From Candidatus Woesearchaeota archaeon (GTDB lineage: Archaea > Nanobdellota > Nanobdellia > Pacearchaeales > GW2011-AR1), in NCBI GenBank assembly GCA_964503975.1, contig CAZDCI010000003.1:1-49913 (forward strand): a stretch of 49,913 nt of DNA. The letters run 5' to 3'. The notes beneath the pieces were generated by a model. It saw nothing but the letters and a program-made list of their open reading frames with translations, searched no databases and had not been told where the DNA came from. Position numbers and translations under genes: made by a program. Below are positions 20,178 through 28,821 of this stretch, in pieces (within the stretch, counting starts at the first letter, position 1; every line of letters begins with the position of its first letter).

Positions 20178-21397
20178 TTATCTCGTGACTATTTCCAAAG
20201 CGTCTCTGTGTTTTAGCTCGTAACTTTTTCCGAGAGCCCTCTTTGAACGCGCGTCTATTGCTTTTATGAAATTGTCTCCGAAATCCGTGTGGAGAAAATA
20301 AGCTAAGTCCAAAGCTGTTGAGCCTTTTGGCAAAAGGAAACAATCAGGCAAAACCCTTCCTTCACCATCGGTAAGCTTGCTCGCGCTGTCTACCGGAAAA
20401 ACAGTTATGTAATTTAAAAGCTTAAAGACGGCGGTGTTTAAAACTTCCTGGACTCCTGTACCGTATTCAAACTTTGATAAGTTTTTCTTTATTGAACCCA
20501 AAGCTTCTTTTTGTTCTTCGCTAAGCTCTTTGTCTTTTTTTATTTCAAAAGTTTTTTCTCCCGGAATGTAATCTATTAAATCCTTTTTTGAAGCTTCTCT
20601 CAGTGCCAGTTCAAAATCCGCGATGCACGGAATCACGAGAAAGCCTTCTTTTCCAAAACGCTCTTTTATTCTTCTATAATTTTCTTCACTGTCTTTTAAA
20701 TCAATCTTATTTGCCGCAATTATTGTTGGCTTTGAAACTTTTCTAAGTTTTGAAGCAAATTCAAAAACCTGGCTTTCATTCCATCTGCTCGAAGACTCCT
20801 TGTCTTTAAATTCCAAATCTCTCAAAACTTCCTTAACATACTCTTCCTTAACTTTCAGTCCGGAGAACTGATTAGCAACAGCTTTAGCAAAATTTCTTTT
20901 ATCGGAATCCTTGCTTTCCGTCTCTGCTTGCTTTGAAAAGGTTTTCCAGACTTTCATCATAATATTAAAATACCATTTGTTCAGCTCCTCTTCAAGAAAT
21001 TCTATGTCTTTTTCAACATTATAACTTTCAGCAGGTTTTCCTTCAGAATCCGTCCTTCCTGAAGCATCAACTATATGAATAAAAACATCTGCCTGTCGCA
21101 AATCATCTAAAAACTGGTTTCCCAGACCTTTTCCTTCGCTTGCACCAGGAACCAAACCAGCAACATCTATCAACTCAACAGGAACAAACCTCTCTCCATT
21201 GAGACAAAATCCATGAGCCGGCTGACATTTAACATCAAACTCCGATTCAATACATTCTACTTTAACATAACCCACTCCACGGTTTGCTTTTATTGTGGTG
21301 AAAGGATAAGAAGCTATTTCAGTTTCTGCCAAAGTCGCGGCTTTGAAAAACGTGCTTTTTCCTGCTGAAGGTTTGCCTAAACCAAGCCGACTAACAT
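20178..21397 (-). CDS. ychF: YchF/Obg-like ATPase with a 2-nt frameshift at codon 7
   Basis: [31 protein letters not shown] domain. The natural start ATG 21397 (GGAGGTGA SD) reads MLVGLV then TAG; removing TA gives MLVGLVGKP. Confidence 0.88.
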
Positions 21398-22542
21398 TAT
21401 CGCTCACCTCCTGCAGCATACAAGATGTTATTTCTGCCAATTAATCCTTTTCTAAAGATTTTATTCTCTTTTTCAAGTTTGTGGATATGGTTTCTAACTC
21501 CCTGTCTAGTCATATTTATTCTCCTTACAACCTGATTCACAGTTAAATTTTCAGATTCAATCATTTTCATAATAACCTCTCTATTCCCTTTCTTTTTATA
21601 AATGCTTCTTTCATAAATCTTTAGACTATTATCAATCTTTTCTTCAACTTTATGCATCTTAACTACCGGATATTTTTTCAAGAGATATTTGTAATCAGAA
21701 AATAAATCTTTCATCCCTTCCCTTAAAATATAAAGAGTCCCATATTCTCCCTTAGAGGAAAAGCTAAACTTATATCTAAGAATTTTGCAAACTTTGCAGA
21801 GATCTTTAGTCAATTTCCGGTTCTTTAACTTAATTACAATCATTGTAGAATCTATATTTCCTTCATCAACAACAAAAGCTAAGAGGACAGATAATAAATA
21901 ATCTTTATCTTTGTTAAATATTTCTTCAGGTAATCTCGCTGTCTTTGAAAGAAAACTCCTTTTATTTAAATCATAGTGTTTAAAAAATAACTGTGATAAA
22001 ACTGCAGGACAATAAGGTCTTGTTGATTCATTAAAATAATCACCTTTAAATTTAATTTTACCGAAAACAGATTCTAACTTTTTGACATAGCCCAAACGAA
22101 GTTTTTTATCAAATTGTCTATATCCAAAATAAGCTTGTCTTTTTCGTTTAGGATCAATCACTGTCCCGTCTGCAATATTATGGGCCAAAACCATATCAAA
22201 AATCGGATTTATTTTGATCGGTAAAATAGGCTGTTCAATTATATTTTGTCCCTTAGAGGTTTTATATGCAAGTATATTTCTCTGTAATTCAGAGTAATTT
22301 ATCCCTAATTTTTTACAAACTTTTAAAAAAACATTTAAATCAGAGAAAAAACCATTTCCATAATAAGAATATTTGAACAAGTTTCTAAAAGTCGCGAAAG
22401 GTGTAGACGCCATCTCCAATAAATTATAAAATTTTTCTTTGCTCTTGAATTCTTTTCGTATCTTCAAATTAATTTTTCTTAAAAAAGATTCCTTTAATTT
22501 TATGTGAACTTTTCTTAATTCCCAAATGTTCACTTCTTTCAT
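21397..22542 (-). CDS. Free-standing LAGLIDADG-like homing endonuclease with C-terminal winged HTH
   Basis: Two motifs VLAHNIADG and LLAFVVDEG; C-terminal MTRQGVRNHIHKLE HTH; TAATG overlap with ychF. Confidence 0.7.
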   Translation of the reverse strand: MKEVNIWELRKVHIKLKESFLRKINLKIRKEFKSKEKFYNLLEMASTPFATFRNLFKYSYYGNGFFSDLNVFLKVCKKLGINYSELQRNILAYKTSKGQNIIEQPILPIKINPIFDMVLAHNIADGTVIDPKRKRQAYFGYRQFDKKLRLGYVKKLESVFGKIKFKGDYFNESTRPYCPAVLSQLFFKHYDLNKRSFLSKTARLPEEIFNKDKDYLLSVLLAFVVDEGNIDSTMIVIKLKNRKLTKDLCKVCKILRYKFSFSSKGEYGTLYILREGMKDLFSDYKYLLKKYPVVKMHKVEEKIDNSLKIYERSIYKKKGNREVIMKMIESENLTVNQVVRRINMTRQGVRNHIHKLEKENKIFRKGLIGRNNILYAAGGER

Positions 22543-22582
22543 AAAAAAAAGGAATTATAACTATTTATTAAACTTTTCTAAT

Positions 22583-22609
22583 TGACTTTCCCACCAATCC
22601 TATTAATAT
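22583..22609 (-). pseudogene. Relic 5' end of ychF
   Basis: ATA TTA ATA GGA TTG GTG GGA AAG TCA = ILIGLVGKS, versus ychF MLVGLVGKP. Confidence 0.6.
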
Positions 22610-22623
22610 ACATTGGAAAAGTG

Positions 22624-22824
22624 TTAAGACTTATTTAAATTTTCTTGATTTATATAAAAGATATTACCCCAAACTTCATCTTTCTTATTGTCCCGCAATT
22701 CTTGCATTTTTTCTTTTTGAATTTCTTTAAGAAATTCATCACTATTAGTTTTATTATCTGTAATCTTATCTAAATTAAAAACCTTTTTAGAAGTAGCTTC
22801 CTGTTTGTTGTTTTCTTTCATCAA
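22624..22824 (-). CDS. Small hypothetical protein, possibly an antitoxin remnant
   Basis: 66 aa with NKKDEVW; overlaps the end of the upstream gene. Confidence 0.35.
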   Translation of the reverse strand: MMKENNKQEATSKKVFNLDKITDNKTNSDEFLKEIQKEKMQELRDNKKDEVWGNIFYINQENLNKS

Positions 22825-23875
22825 GTTTACGTTTTATGTAAATTATAATTATGATTATCAAGATTATTAAAATCAATATAATCAAGAATAGAACCAAACG
22901 TCCAAATATGCTTGTTGGTATTCTTTCCACAACCTCAAAATACGCGCTTGAAGGTGCAACCCCGTTAGGATAGATAAGCTCAAGTCCAATTATGTAATCT
23001 CCTAAAGGAAGCTTTCCTGTGCTAAAATCACGCCTTAAATTTATCTGTTCCGTGACTAAAAGAGTTTCTGACTTAGTTAAGTAATTATTATTCGCATAAT
23101 CTTTTATTACAAAATTAAGAGTTACGTCCAGCCTCGGATCTTCCCCGAAAGGAATCAGTGTTACAAGAGTTTCCAAATCCCCTCCCTGTTCTACCTGATA
23201 GTTTGGATTTAAAACTACAATGTTAGAGTCAAACAACAGCAATTCTGTCTGAACATTTAAAGATACAAGAACCTCATATCCTCCCACAAGTATTTTCCCT
23301 GTAAAAATTCCTGTTTCATTTGTGGCTACAAAAATCACATTAAAAGTTTCTGTTTCCTCCGGTTCAATAGTCAGGTTTGTTTCTCCAAGAATTACTCTGT
23401 TGTCTAAATTTGTTTGGCTTATGAAAATTGTTTGCGTTGTCGTTTCTAAATTTGTAACACTTATTGTTCTCTCGGTGTTTGTGTTCACTGCAAGATTTAT
23501 GTTAAACTCTGTAGGCTCAACCTTTAGGTTTGCAGAAGGGGTTACTGCTCCGCCACCCCCATCACTCGGTTCCGTCGGTTCTTCGGCCTCTTCAATTTGA
23601 CAGGTAGAACTACATCCGTCTCCATCTACAGTATTCCCGTCATCACACTGCTCACCTAAACCAGTATCTACAACTCCGTCCCCACAAATACCTCCAAAGA
23701 AAAATCCTTCAACATACCTGTCCGGATTGAGAATGATGTTTCCTGTTCCTCCTGAGTTTATTGAGATTACATCTGCTGAAATAAAAGATGAAAAAAGGAT
23801 TGTTAATACAACAAAAAATGCTAAAAGGATGTTCAACTTAAACAAACTGCAACAAGTAATCTTCTTTACTTTCAT
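22787..23875 (-). CDS. Membrane-anchored surface protein with a Myxococcus-type Cys-rich repeat (DUF4215-like) and Ig-like domains
   Basis: Signal peptide; CGDGVVD...EQCDDGNTVDGDGCSSTCQIE; C-terminal transmembrane helix followed by KRK. Confidence 0.85.
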   Translation of the reverse strand: MKVKKITCCSLFKLNILLAFFVVLTILFSSFISADVISINSGGTGNIILNPDRYVEGFFFGGICGDGVVDTGLGEQCDDGNTVDGDGCSSTCQIEEAEEPTEPSDGGGGAVTPSANLKVEPTEFNINLAVNTNTERTISVTNLETTTQTIFISQTNLDNRVILGETNLTIEPEETETFNVIFVATNETGIFTGKILVGGYEVLVSLNVQTELLLFDSNIVVLNPNYQVEQGGDLETLVTLIPFGEDPRLDVTLNFVIKDYANNNYLTKSETLLVTEQINLRRDFSTGKLPLGDYIIGLELIYPNGVAPSSAYFEVVERIPTSIFGRLVLFLIILILIILIIIIIIYIKRKLDERKQQTGSYF

Positions 23876-23892
23876 CAAACAATAAAAGAAAA

Positions 23893-23920
23893 TTCGTTAA
23901 TAAATTTAATTATGATGAAA
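23893..23920 (+). repeat. dif-like site 1
   Basis: TTCGTTAATAA-ATTTAA-TTATGATGAAA. Confidence 0.65.
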
Positions 23921-23953
23921 CATTTTACCTTAAAGATTGGTAAAGAGTAAAGA

Positions 23954-24196
23954 ATGAAAAATAGTAAGATTTTAAAAGAAGAAAAGCCTTTTGAGAATAA
24001 GAAAAAAGAGATTGAGATGGTTAAAAGGAAAAATGGGGGGTTAAAACTCCTTAAAATCGGCGGAGGTGTTTTATTGGTTTTAGGAGGTATTTCTGGTTTT
24101 TCTTCTTATTTAATACAATCAAATTTTTTGGGAGTTTTGATTTCTGCTATTGCATTTTTCTTCGGTTTATGGTTAATTGGACAGACTATTGAATAA
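23954..24196 (+). CDS. Small two-TM membrane protein
   Basis: Two hydrophobic segments. Confidence 0.6.
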   Translation: MKNSKILKEEKPFENKKKEIEMVKRKNGGLKLLKIGGGVLLVLGGISGFSSYLIQSNFLGVLISAIAFFFGLWLIGQTIE

Positions 24197-24197
24197 A

Positions 24198-24467
24198 ATG
24201 AAAGATATAATAAAGAAGAATAAACTGGATTTAACTTATAATAAATATTCTCAGTTTTTTAATACAACAATAATAATTTTCTCTACTATTACAATAGGAA
24301 TTTTAATTGCCCTTTTAACTGAACAGATTAAAATAGGTAAAAATATACCTTTTATTTTTATTGCCCTTCTTTTTATAACCATTCTTATTTTCTCCATCTA
24401 TTCTCTAATAAAATTTCATAACGAAATGGAGAGAATAATAAAAAAAATAGATAAGTTAAAGGTCTAA
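24198..24467 (+). CDS. Small two-TM membrane protein
   Basis: Likely start ATG 24198 (MKDIIKKNKLDL), just after the upstream stop; two hydrophobic segments. Confidence 0.6.
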   Translation: MKDIIKKNKLDLTYNKYSQFFNTTIIIFSTITIGILIALLTEQIKIGKNIPFIFIALLFITILIFSIYSLIKFHNEMERIIKKIDKLKV

Positions 24468-24531
24468 AGTTATTTATTACTCATCTTAATCAAATCCGGC
24501 CACTTATTTCCATTTAATCTAATATTTGTTG

Positions 24532-24921
24532 TTAATTCGGATGGTGCTCTCTCTGATTTCTTACGTAATCTCTCATATCATCGATTTGCACAAATCCTAC
24601 TGAAGTCCAGAATTTTCCTCGACTCCAAAGATGTCCTTTCGGATATCTCAGTCTTGCTTTTGGATGATATCTGAAAAACAAGTATGCAAATCTTCCTTTT
24701 AGAAGTTGCATTGCCTTGCTTGGACTCATTGTTCCTGGCAATCCAGCGACAACATGTACATGGTCAGGCATCACTTCAATCTCCAAAATTTTTATTTTAT
24801 GTTCTGTTGCAGATTTTCTTATACAAGCTTCTGCAAGATTCTTGTACTTAAACTTGGCAAACATTTTGTAGCGATATTTTGGACACCATTCAAAATGCCA
24901 AATCGAAATTTGTTTTTCCAT
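24532..24921 (-). mobile_element. tnpA: IS200/IS605 family transposase TnpA (no tnpB)
   Basis: WHFEWCPKYR, HUH motif DHVH, LKG, LWSRG, catalytic YVRNQ. Confidence 0.92.
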
Positions 24922-24980
24922 TTTTTCTCCGAAAGATTTAATTAGTTTAGAAAGCTCCGACTATTATTGGAGTTTTCAAG

Positions 24981-25061
24981 GAGCCTAGTATCTAGGCTCT
25001 TATAATCAAGATTTGTAGAAATAAAAATGTGCGGGCTCTCGCTACACATTAAAATGTGTAG
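24981..25061. repeat. Hairpins upstream of tnpA (probable IS200 end)
   Basis: GAGCCTAG-TAT-CTAGGCTC (24981-24999) and CTACACATT-AA-AATGTGTAG (25042-25061). Confidence 0.55.
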
Positions 25062-25111
25062 ATTTCCCACCCGAAGATTAAAAAATAAAAAGCAATCCTT
25101 TAACGCCATTT

Positions 25112-25139
25112 ACAGTTAATAAATTTAATTATGTTAAAG
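25112..25139 (+). repeat. dif-like site 2
   Basis: ACAGTTAATAA-ATTTAA-TTATGTTAAAG. Confidence 0.65.
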
Positions 25140-25150
25140 ATGAATGAAAG

Positions 25151-25771
25151 TTACAGCCTCCTTAATTCCTTTATAAGTTCTTCTTTTTTAAGTTTAAATT
25201 CTCGCAGGGTCAATTTTAAAGAGTTATAATCTTTAAAGTTTCTTACAATAACAATTAAATCTTTAATGTAGTTGCTCAAAGAATTATCTTTTAGAATAGA
25301 AGAATATTTATTAAGATTAATATCTGAAAAAAACAAAATAGAAAGTATGTCAATCAGATCTTTTTCACCTTTTACGGAATTTTTTCTGTCCTTATAGGCT
25401 CCTTGTTTAAGAATCAATAAAGATTCAGGAGACGCTACTTTAAAACCTTCAACTTTTTCTGAATAATTTTTCAATTTTTCCGGAGAAATTGTAAGCTCGG
25501 AAAAGTGTTCAACATAAATATCTATGTCTATCTCTCCTTCTTTAACTTCGTATTTTTTCAGCCTATTGTTTTTAGACATGTTTTCCGATTTCAACTTTTG
25601 CAATTCTTTTATACTTACAACAATATCCACATCTTTAGATTTTTGTTGTTTTGTCCAAAGCCAGATTGCCCACCCGCCTATAAGTATAAAATCGTATTTC
25701 TTTCTAAACTCTTGGAGAATTTTCCAACTTTTTTCAGTCAAATATGAATTCCAAAATTCCTTATTTTTCAT
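25151..25771 (-). CDS. Nucleotidyltransferase-fold toxin (AbiEii-like)
   Basis: LIGGWA, SKDVDI, LLILK, KGEKDLID. Confidence 0.75.
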   Translation of the reverse strand: MKNKEFWNSYLTEKSWKILQEFRKKYDFILIGGWAIWLWTKQQKSKDVDIVVSIKELQKLKSENMSKNNRLKKYEVKEGEIDIDIYVEHFSELTISPEKLKNYSEKVEGFKVASPESLLILKQGAYKDRKNSVKGEKDLIDILSILFFSDINLNKYSSILKDNSLSNYIKDLIVIVRNFKDYNSLKLTLREFKLKKEELIKELRRL

Positions 25772-25781
25772 TTTGATTTTT

Positions 25782-26387
25782 TCATTTTTCTTTTTGTGCG
25801 AGTTTACTTTTCAACGAATCTAAAAAATCTTTAGCGTACCATTCCTTAACATTCCACAAATCAACAAATATTTGAGATAAGGGGGTTTCCTTGTAAAGAT
25901 CAAGTGAAGAATCCTTTTTCAAAACAAAAAAATTAGGATTTTCTGAATTTTCTTTAAAACCAAAATCAGAAATTCTTTTTTTTATTTCTTCAAGTTCTTT
26001 TTCGTCTGCATAAACATAAACCTCAGAATAATCTGCAGGAACATCGTTAAATTTAAACTTGTACGCTGTGTAAACAGTGTAATAAACCTTTGGTAAGACT
26101 CTTTCTATTTCTCTCACACTGGCTTTAACTCTTGCTTTAAAAAAAATATCTTCTTCCAAATTCCTAACCGAAGCCCACAAATAAAGAATTTTATCAGTAT
26201 CTAAAACCTGGAAGCTTCTTTGTTTTATTTTAACTGCGCCCATTGAATCCAATTTTTTCAATACTGAATTTACTATACTTAAAGAAATTTTTAACCTTTT
26301 AGAGAGCTCCGACTGTGTTAAGGCTCTTTCATTCTTTTCAATTACTCTAAAAAGAATTTCTCTGTAAACTTCTTCCTGCCTTTTCAT
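25782..26387 (-). CDS. Winged-HTH antitoxin (AbiEi-like)
   Basis: TQSELSKRLKISLSIVN HTH; C-terminal SQIFVDLWN. Confidence 0.75.
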   Translation of the reverse strand: MKRQEEVYREILFRVIEKNERALTQSELSKRLKISLSIVNSVLKKLDSMGAVKIKQRSFQVLDTDKILYLWASVRNLEEDIFFKARVKASVREIERVLPKVYYTVYTAYKFKFNDVPADYSEVYVYADEKELEEIKKRISDFGFKENSENPNFFVLKKDSSLDLYKETPLSQIFVDLWNVKEWYAKDFLDSLKSKLAQKEK

Positions 26388-26500
26388 TTTATCTTTCTAA
26401 GTAAAGGATAAGTTATTTATAAATCTTTCTTTATTTAGTGAAAGATATATAAATAAAAAAATAAAATAAAGAAACTCGCTAAAATCAAAAAGGAATAAAA

Positions 26501-26528
26501 TTCGTTAATAAATTTAATTGCCTAAGGC
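26501..26528 (+). repeat. dif-like site 3
   Basis: TTCGTTAATAA-ATTTAA-TTGCCTAAGGC. Confidence 0.55.
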
Positions 26529-26529
26529 T

Positions 26530-27123
26530 TCAAATCTTACCATACAGCGTCTTAACTCTTTTTCTAAACTCTAAAGGATATTTCTTAAGATATTTCTCAA
26601 GTTTTTTGACTTCAATCCTATTTTTAAAATTTTTCAAAGCCTCTTCACTTAAATTCTCATTAAAATAAACCATATCAATAAATGTTTTTTCAACACTAGA
26701 GTAGGGAAGAGCGACTCCTTCCTGAAGATGTTCTTCGTACCCAAAAAGATATTTTTTCTTAATTCTTCTTATCAGAATATTTTTTCCCATAACTTTTCTA
26801 ATTCCTTGCCTTACTTTCCTTGACGTCAGTATTACCGGAATTGTTTCCTGCTCCCATAAATCATAAAAACTCATCGCATCCTGTAAACCTAAGTATGCGG
26901 GTTTGAACGCAAAAACAGACAATGAAATATTGTCTCTTGAGGTATAATATCCTTTAGTTAGTCTTTTTATTTTTCCTTTGGACAGCAAGTAACCCAGTAT
27001 TTGTTTTGCGTATTCGCTTGATTTCTTTTTGTTTTTGACAATTCTTTCAACCGAACCGTATTCGACCACGGGGCTTTTTTCAAACAATTTTTTAACCTTT
27101 TCCATATGTTTTTCTTTTCCCAT
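26530..27123 (-). CDS. AbiEi-family antitoxin (type IV toxin-antitoxin)
   Basis: GKIKRLTKGYY, PAYLGLQDAM, SSVEKTFID. Confidence 0.85.
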   Translation of the reverse strand: MGKEKHMEKVKKLFEKSPVVEYGSVERIVKNKKKSSEYAKQILGYLLSKGKIKRLTKGYYTSRDNISLSVFAFKPAYLGLQDAMSFYDLWEQETIPVILTSRKVRQGIRKVMGKNILIRRIKKKYLFGYEEHLQEGVALPYSSVEKTFIDMVYFNENLSEEALKNFKNRIEVKKLEKYLKKYPLEFRKRVKTLYGKI

Positions 27124-27770
27124 TATAATATCCTTTTTATGTAATTTAGCATATCTTCAACTCCCGGAACAATCCCTTCTGTAACTAAAACTTTAAGTTC
27201 TTCCCTGTCCACAGGCTTCTTAAAATTTTTAATGAGTTCATTTAACTCCTTTTTTACATCCCTGACATTTTTAACACATCTCATCAAAAAGAAAACATCA
27301 TATAAATCCCTGATTTTCCTTCTTTTAAGATAAGCTTCCACTTTTTCTTTAACCAGCTCTTCAGGAGTTAAAGTATAAACTGTCAAATAATTTCCTTCAG
27401 CTTTCTCATACTCTTTCAAAATTTTTTTCTTGGCGACATTTTTAAACAATGCTTCAAACCCGACTATTTCTCTTTCAAACTTAAGAGTAGAATAAAGGCT
27501 GTTTTTTCCTATTTTCTTTTTTTCAACAGAAAATCCTTTTTTTGAAGCCTCTTCAAAAAATTTATTTATTTTTTCTGTGTTTTTTTCTATATAAAAATCC
27601 AAATCCTCCGAGAATCTTTTTCCATCGTAGCATCGCCATATGGCCGTTCCCCCGTGAAGCACAGCATTACTAAAAACACCATAAAGCGTTTCAACTAAAA
27701 CATCCTGCGCTTTCGCTACATCCTTATGAGTTTTCTTTTTCAATCTCAAAATTAAAGGTATTTCAGCCAT
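27123..27770 (-). CDS. AbiEii-family nucleotidyltransferase toxin
   Basis: HGGTAIWR, RFSEDLDF, EKVEA, RDLYD. Confidence 0.9.
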   Translation of the reverse strand: MAEIPLILRLKKKTHKDVAKAQDVLVETLYGVFSNAVLHGGTAIWRCYDGKRFSEDLDFYIEKNTEKINKFFEEASKKGFSVEKKKIGKNSLYSTLKFEREIVGFEALFKNVAKKKILKEYEKAEGNYLTVYTLTPEELVKEKVEAYLKRRKIRDLYDVFFLMRCVKNVRDVKKELNELIKNFKKPVDREELKVLVTEGIVPGVEDMLNYIKRIL

Positions 27771-27788
27771 ATTTTCACAATCAACTAA

Positions 27789-27808
27789 AGTTATATATAT
27801 GTATAACT
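27789..27808. promoter_or_regulatory. Inverted repeat operator of the AbiE operon
   Basis: AGTTATA-TATATG-TATAACT between the TATA box and the start codon. Confidence 0.45.
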
Positions 27809-27852
27809 ATGGTTTACTTTATAAATCTTAAGGTTCAGAGAGAAAATTAAAT

Positions 27853-27880
27853 TTCGTTAATAAATTTAATTATGTTAAAA
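27853..27880 (+). repeat. dif-like site 4 (most canonical)
   Basis: TTCGTTAATAA-ATTTAA-TTATGTTAAAA; right arm matches the E. coli XerD arm TTATGTTAAAT at 10/11. Confidence 0.7.
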
Positions 27881-28135
27881 AACAAAAAGTAAATCTAAAT
27901 TTACATGTTTAACAAAGAACCATCCCCATCATGCTTCCATGAGGGAGGAACTAAATGCTATCTTTTTCTAGAAGTTGTTAATAAATTAGAATCATTTGAA
28001 GAAACTTCAAATCCGGGCATATGGGCCGATTGCGGTCTTTGCATCGTTTTTCTCAGAATTAGGTTTCCAAGACACCATCACCTATAAAAACATATTTTTC
28101 CCAATTTTTAAAGAGTTATAATCTATCCACTCATC

Positions 28136-28225
28136 CATCCACTCATAAAGTTATAAAGAATCAAATTGCCTTCAATGACATCCTTGAGTTGTCGTTGAAG
28201 AGTCGCAGTTTGCAACTGAACACGT
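28136..28225 (-). repeat. Orphan 3' end and trailer of the pilin-like gene 36668-38149 (distal copy)
   Basis: 28136-28204 matches 36632-36700 with 1 mismatch; encodes TCSVANCDSSTTTQGCH* versus QCEVPDCDSSTTTQGCH*. Confidence 0.92.
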
Positions 28226-28407
28226 GAAAGATTCATTCTGAATATTCTTCAGAGAATCTTTTCTTTATAGAATCACGAATTTTCCTTGCGGTGGTTTCAT
28301 CATCCACCTCAATATCAATGGAATATTAATCCAAAGTTTATGGTTTAGAATTTACATATAGCCGATGAGATAGAAAATTATTTAAATAGTAATTACATAG
28401 TAATTAC

Positions 28408-28821
28408 GTGGAAAAACAAAGGGTTGGTTTTGGAAATTCTGTCGTTAAACAAGGGAATTCTCTAACTGTGAGGATTCCTAAAATGGCCAGTAATGCACTG
28501 AATTTAAAGGAAGGTGACAAAATAAAAGTCGTGATTTCAAGACCAAAGGGATACTTTTTTTCTGACAGGCAGATAAAAAAAATAATTAAAGAGTGTATGA
28601 AAACTAAAAAATTGAAAAGTTTTGGTGAGGAAAAAATAGGCGTGTTTATATCTCTTATGAATTTAATAATAAACAATAGAGTTACAGAAAATATAAAAGA
28701 AAAAGGGCAAGAAAAAAGACTTACTAAACAGTTCGGGAAAAAGTTTGTGAAAGAATACAAAGATTTCATAAAAACCCTTGAAAAATACCCAAAAATAACT
28801 TCACTATTCAAAAACCCCTAA
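28408..28821 (+). CDS. AbrB/MazE/SpoVT-domain DNA-binding protein
   Basis: VVKQGNSLTVRIPK..ALNLKEGD. Confidence 0.8.
   Translation: MEKQRVGFGNSVVKQGNSLTVRIPKMASNALNLKEGDKIKVVISRPKGYFFSDRQIKKIIKECMKTKKLKSFGEEKIGVFISLMNLIINNRVTENIKEKGQEKRLTKQFGKKFVKEYKDFIKTLEKYPKITSLFKNP

Noticed and set aside
21380-22600. Spliced intron in ychF containing the LAGLIDADG ORF
   Set aside because: The upstream relic has no in-frame start codon, the downstream copy has its own Shine-Dalgarno and ATG, and I see no group I or bulge-helix-bulge structure. It cannot be fully excluded without RNA data.
24532-25061. TnpB/omega-RNA system with the IS200 element
   Set aside because: No tnpB ORF is adjacent; only tnpA and hairpins are present.
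27905-28087. 60-aa plus-strand ORF
   Set aside because: No recognisable motif. The minus strand has a TATA box and Shine-Dalgarno leading into a frame that stops early, so the region is probably a decayed gene.
28404-28811. 135-aa minus-strand ORF downstream of the radical SAM gene as a RiPP transporter or immunity gene
   Set aside because: It fully overlaps the AbrB-domain gene on the plus strand; its hydrophobicity reflects antisense of Lys-rich codons.
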